NCBI GenBank assembly: GCA_018882895.1
Contig: VERF01000004.1
Span: 554 to 64,553 of the forward strand
Direction of reading: 5' to 3'
Source: Candidatus Kapaibacterium sp.
GTDB taxonomy: Bacteria > Bacteroidota > Ignavibacteria > Kapaibacteriales > Kapaibacteriaceae
Length of the DNA stretch: 64,000 nt
The notes below the pieces were generated by a model. That model was not told where the DNA came from, did not search any database, and saw only the letters and a program-made list of their open reading frames with translations. The number at the start of each line of letters is the position of its first letter. Within the stretch, counting starts at the first letter, position 1. A program made the translations under genes and the position numbers. Of this stretch, positions 62,935-64,000 are shown piece by piece.

Positions 62935-64000
62935 TTATTGCAGGGGGCTGGACAGGGTCAGGATCCATCCGAACGAGCCAAACCGGGCCAGCGGTCCCAC
63001 CGGCCAGCGCGCATCGACGCGTAGCATGAAGAGGTCGCTGATGAAGCTCGGGATCCGAGCCACGCCGAAGCCCGCCTCCATGTACACACCATTGGTGCTG
63101 TCGAAGCTGACGCCGGGCACAACGGCGCCGGCACGGTTCGTGGTGCTGATGCCGTTGAGGACGCCGATCAGATCCACTCCCCGACCAAAAGTGAGTCCGG
63201 GAAGGCCAATGGCCCGCCACCAGAGATCGGTGAAGTTGTGCTCGAGGCCGAAACGCACAAACTCCGTTCCGGCAAAGGCATTGATCCCAATGGTGGGAAA
63301 GTCCGACAGGATTCCGAACGTCGGGAATGCCCGCATTGCAACGAACCGGTATTGGTTCGGTGTTTCCGTTGCCTGCAAGCCCCCTGCCAGCGTCAGCTCC
63401 AGGAGCATCGGGGAGTATCCTGTTTCGTATGTGGGCAGACGCAGTGTGGTGGAGGCATCGACCGACCAGAAGGTTGCACCGGAGATGGTCTCTCGGCCGA
63501 CAACTCCATGGATAAGTCCCGAGAAGGGATCCGATGAACCGCCGAAGATCGACCCAAAGGAACGGGGCGTGCGAGCCGTCAGCGACAGCACCTGAAAATC
63601 ACCCTCGCGGGCCAACACGCGCGGACGCGGCAGCGAGTCGATAAGGGGCATGTTGATGTGACGCGACCAACTGGCCTCCATCGTTGTGATGACCCATCGC
63701 GAGCGCGCCTGAAGACCAAGAGCGAATCCGTCGCGACGATAGAAGTCCTGATACTCGGGGAACAACAGATTCGCCAGATCAATGCTGCTGAAACTCAGCT
63801 GGGTTGTTTTGGCCTCCTGCACGCTTGCCAACGACGAATAGACGCTTCCGGAGACGCCGAGTGAGAGTCTGCGAGCCCGGTACACGGTAGCATCCATTGC
63901 CACACGACCAAATCGTGTACCACCGGACCCGAAACCGCCCGACAACGTCATACGCACCGGAGCCAGCTTGGCGATGATCGATGCGCCATACACTGTCTGG
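62935..64000 (-). CDS. 3' part of a gene running off the right edge; beta-barrel-like outer-membrane protein (Omp85/other, uncertain)
   Basis: The frame stays open to nt 64000; the track start at 63993 is a GTG, not an ATG. Glycine/aromatic-rich alternating strands. No definitive family motif. Confidence 0.45.
   Translation of the reverse strand, partial: QTVYGASIIAKLAPVRMTLSGGFGSGGTRFGRVAMDATVYRARRLSLGVSGSVYSSLASVQEAKTTQLSFSSIDLANLLFPEYQDFYRRDGFALGLQARSRWVITTMEASWSRHINMPLIDSLPRPRVLAREGDFQVLSLTARTPRSFGSIFGGSSDPFSGLIHGVVGRETISGATFWSVDASTTLRLPTYETGYSPMLLELTLAGGLQATETPNQYRFVAMRAFPTFGILSDFPTIGINAFAGTEFVRFGLEHNFTDLWWRAIGLPGLTFGRGVDLIGVLNGISTTNRAGAVVPGVSFDSTNGVYMEAGFGVARIPSFISDLFMLRVDARWPVGPLARFGSFGWILTLSSPLQ

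Noticed and set aside
1-64000. Mobile elements, prophage, genomic island, tRNA/rRNA genes
   Set aside because: No transposase, integrase, recombinase, phage structural or tRNA-like sequence was recognised. Gene content is housekeeping or envelope and spacing is uniformly tight. A tRNAscan/Infernal run would be needed to exclude small RNAs formally.

Overview
This is a gene-dense chromosomal segment with almost no non-coding DNA and moderately high GC (impression only, not computed). It most likely comes from an FCB-group bacterium (Bacteroidota / Ignavibacteriota / Chlorobiota-like). The taxonomic inference rests on four things. At least five proteins end in T9SS-type C-terminal sorting domains (..FPNPTS.. 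tails). Some upstream regions carry TAnnTTTG-type -7 boxes. Most starts lack a Shine-Dalgarno sequence. The F-ATPase operon lacks atpD/atpC. The content is mainly housekeeping: dnaA with a probable oriC (about 54.3-54.66 kb), an F1Fo ATP synthase operon (atpZ-like, atpI-like, atpB, atpE, atpF, atpH, atpA, an embedded hldD, atpG), radA, clpC, dnaX, ddl, a family-4 uracil-DNA glycosylase, upp, dapB, tatC, ispB, purK, acpS, cobB and prfB with its classical +1 frameshift. There are also several secreted T9SS cargo proteins (two tandem S8 proteases, a roughly 1225-aa beta-propeller/Ig-like protein, a PhoX/DUF839-like protein and an EEP nuclease/phosphatase) and a long translationally coupled minus-strand operon (32-42.6 kb). 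I saw no tRNA, rRNA, CRISPR array, transposase, integrase or recognisable defence island. Three signals are not explained by ordinary annotation. (1) Two intercistronic loci (10.30-10.66 kb between atpE and atpF; 60.60-60.72 kb between acpS and purK) are built from inverted arrays of tandem heptanucleotides. They share an architecture, a shared spacer motif (GTGAAAGA), and stop codons presented in all three frames of the transcribed strand. (2) The heptamer word AGGGGGC/GCCCCCT is strongly over-represented and orientation-balanced. It occurs in all reading frames, in intergenic DNA and in terminator-like hairpins. (3) There are several odd gene architectures: a TatD nuclease fused to a TM/beta-rich domain, hldD plus three unknown membrane proteins inside the atp operon, orphan ABC ATPases, and an FtsE-like protein with degenerate catalytic motifs. 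All functional calls come from motif recognition by eye and none was checked by database search.
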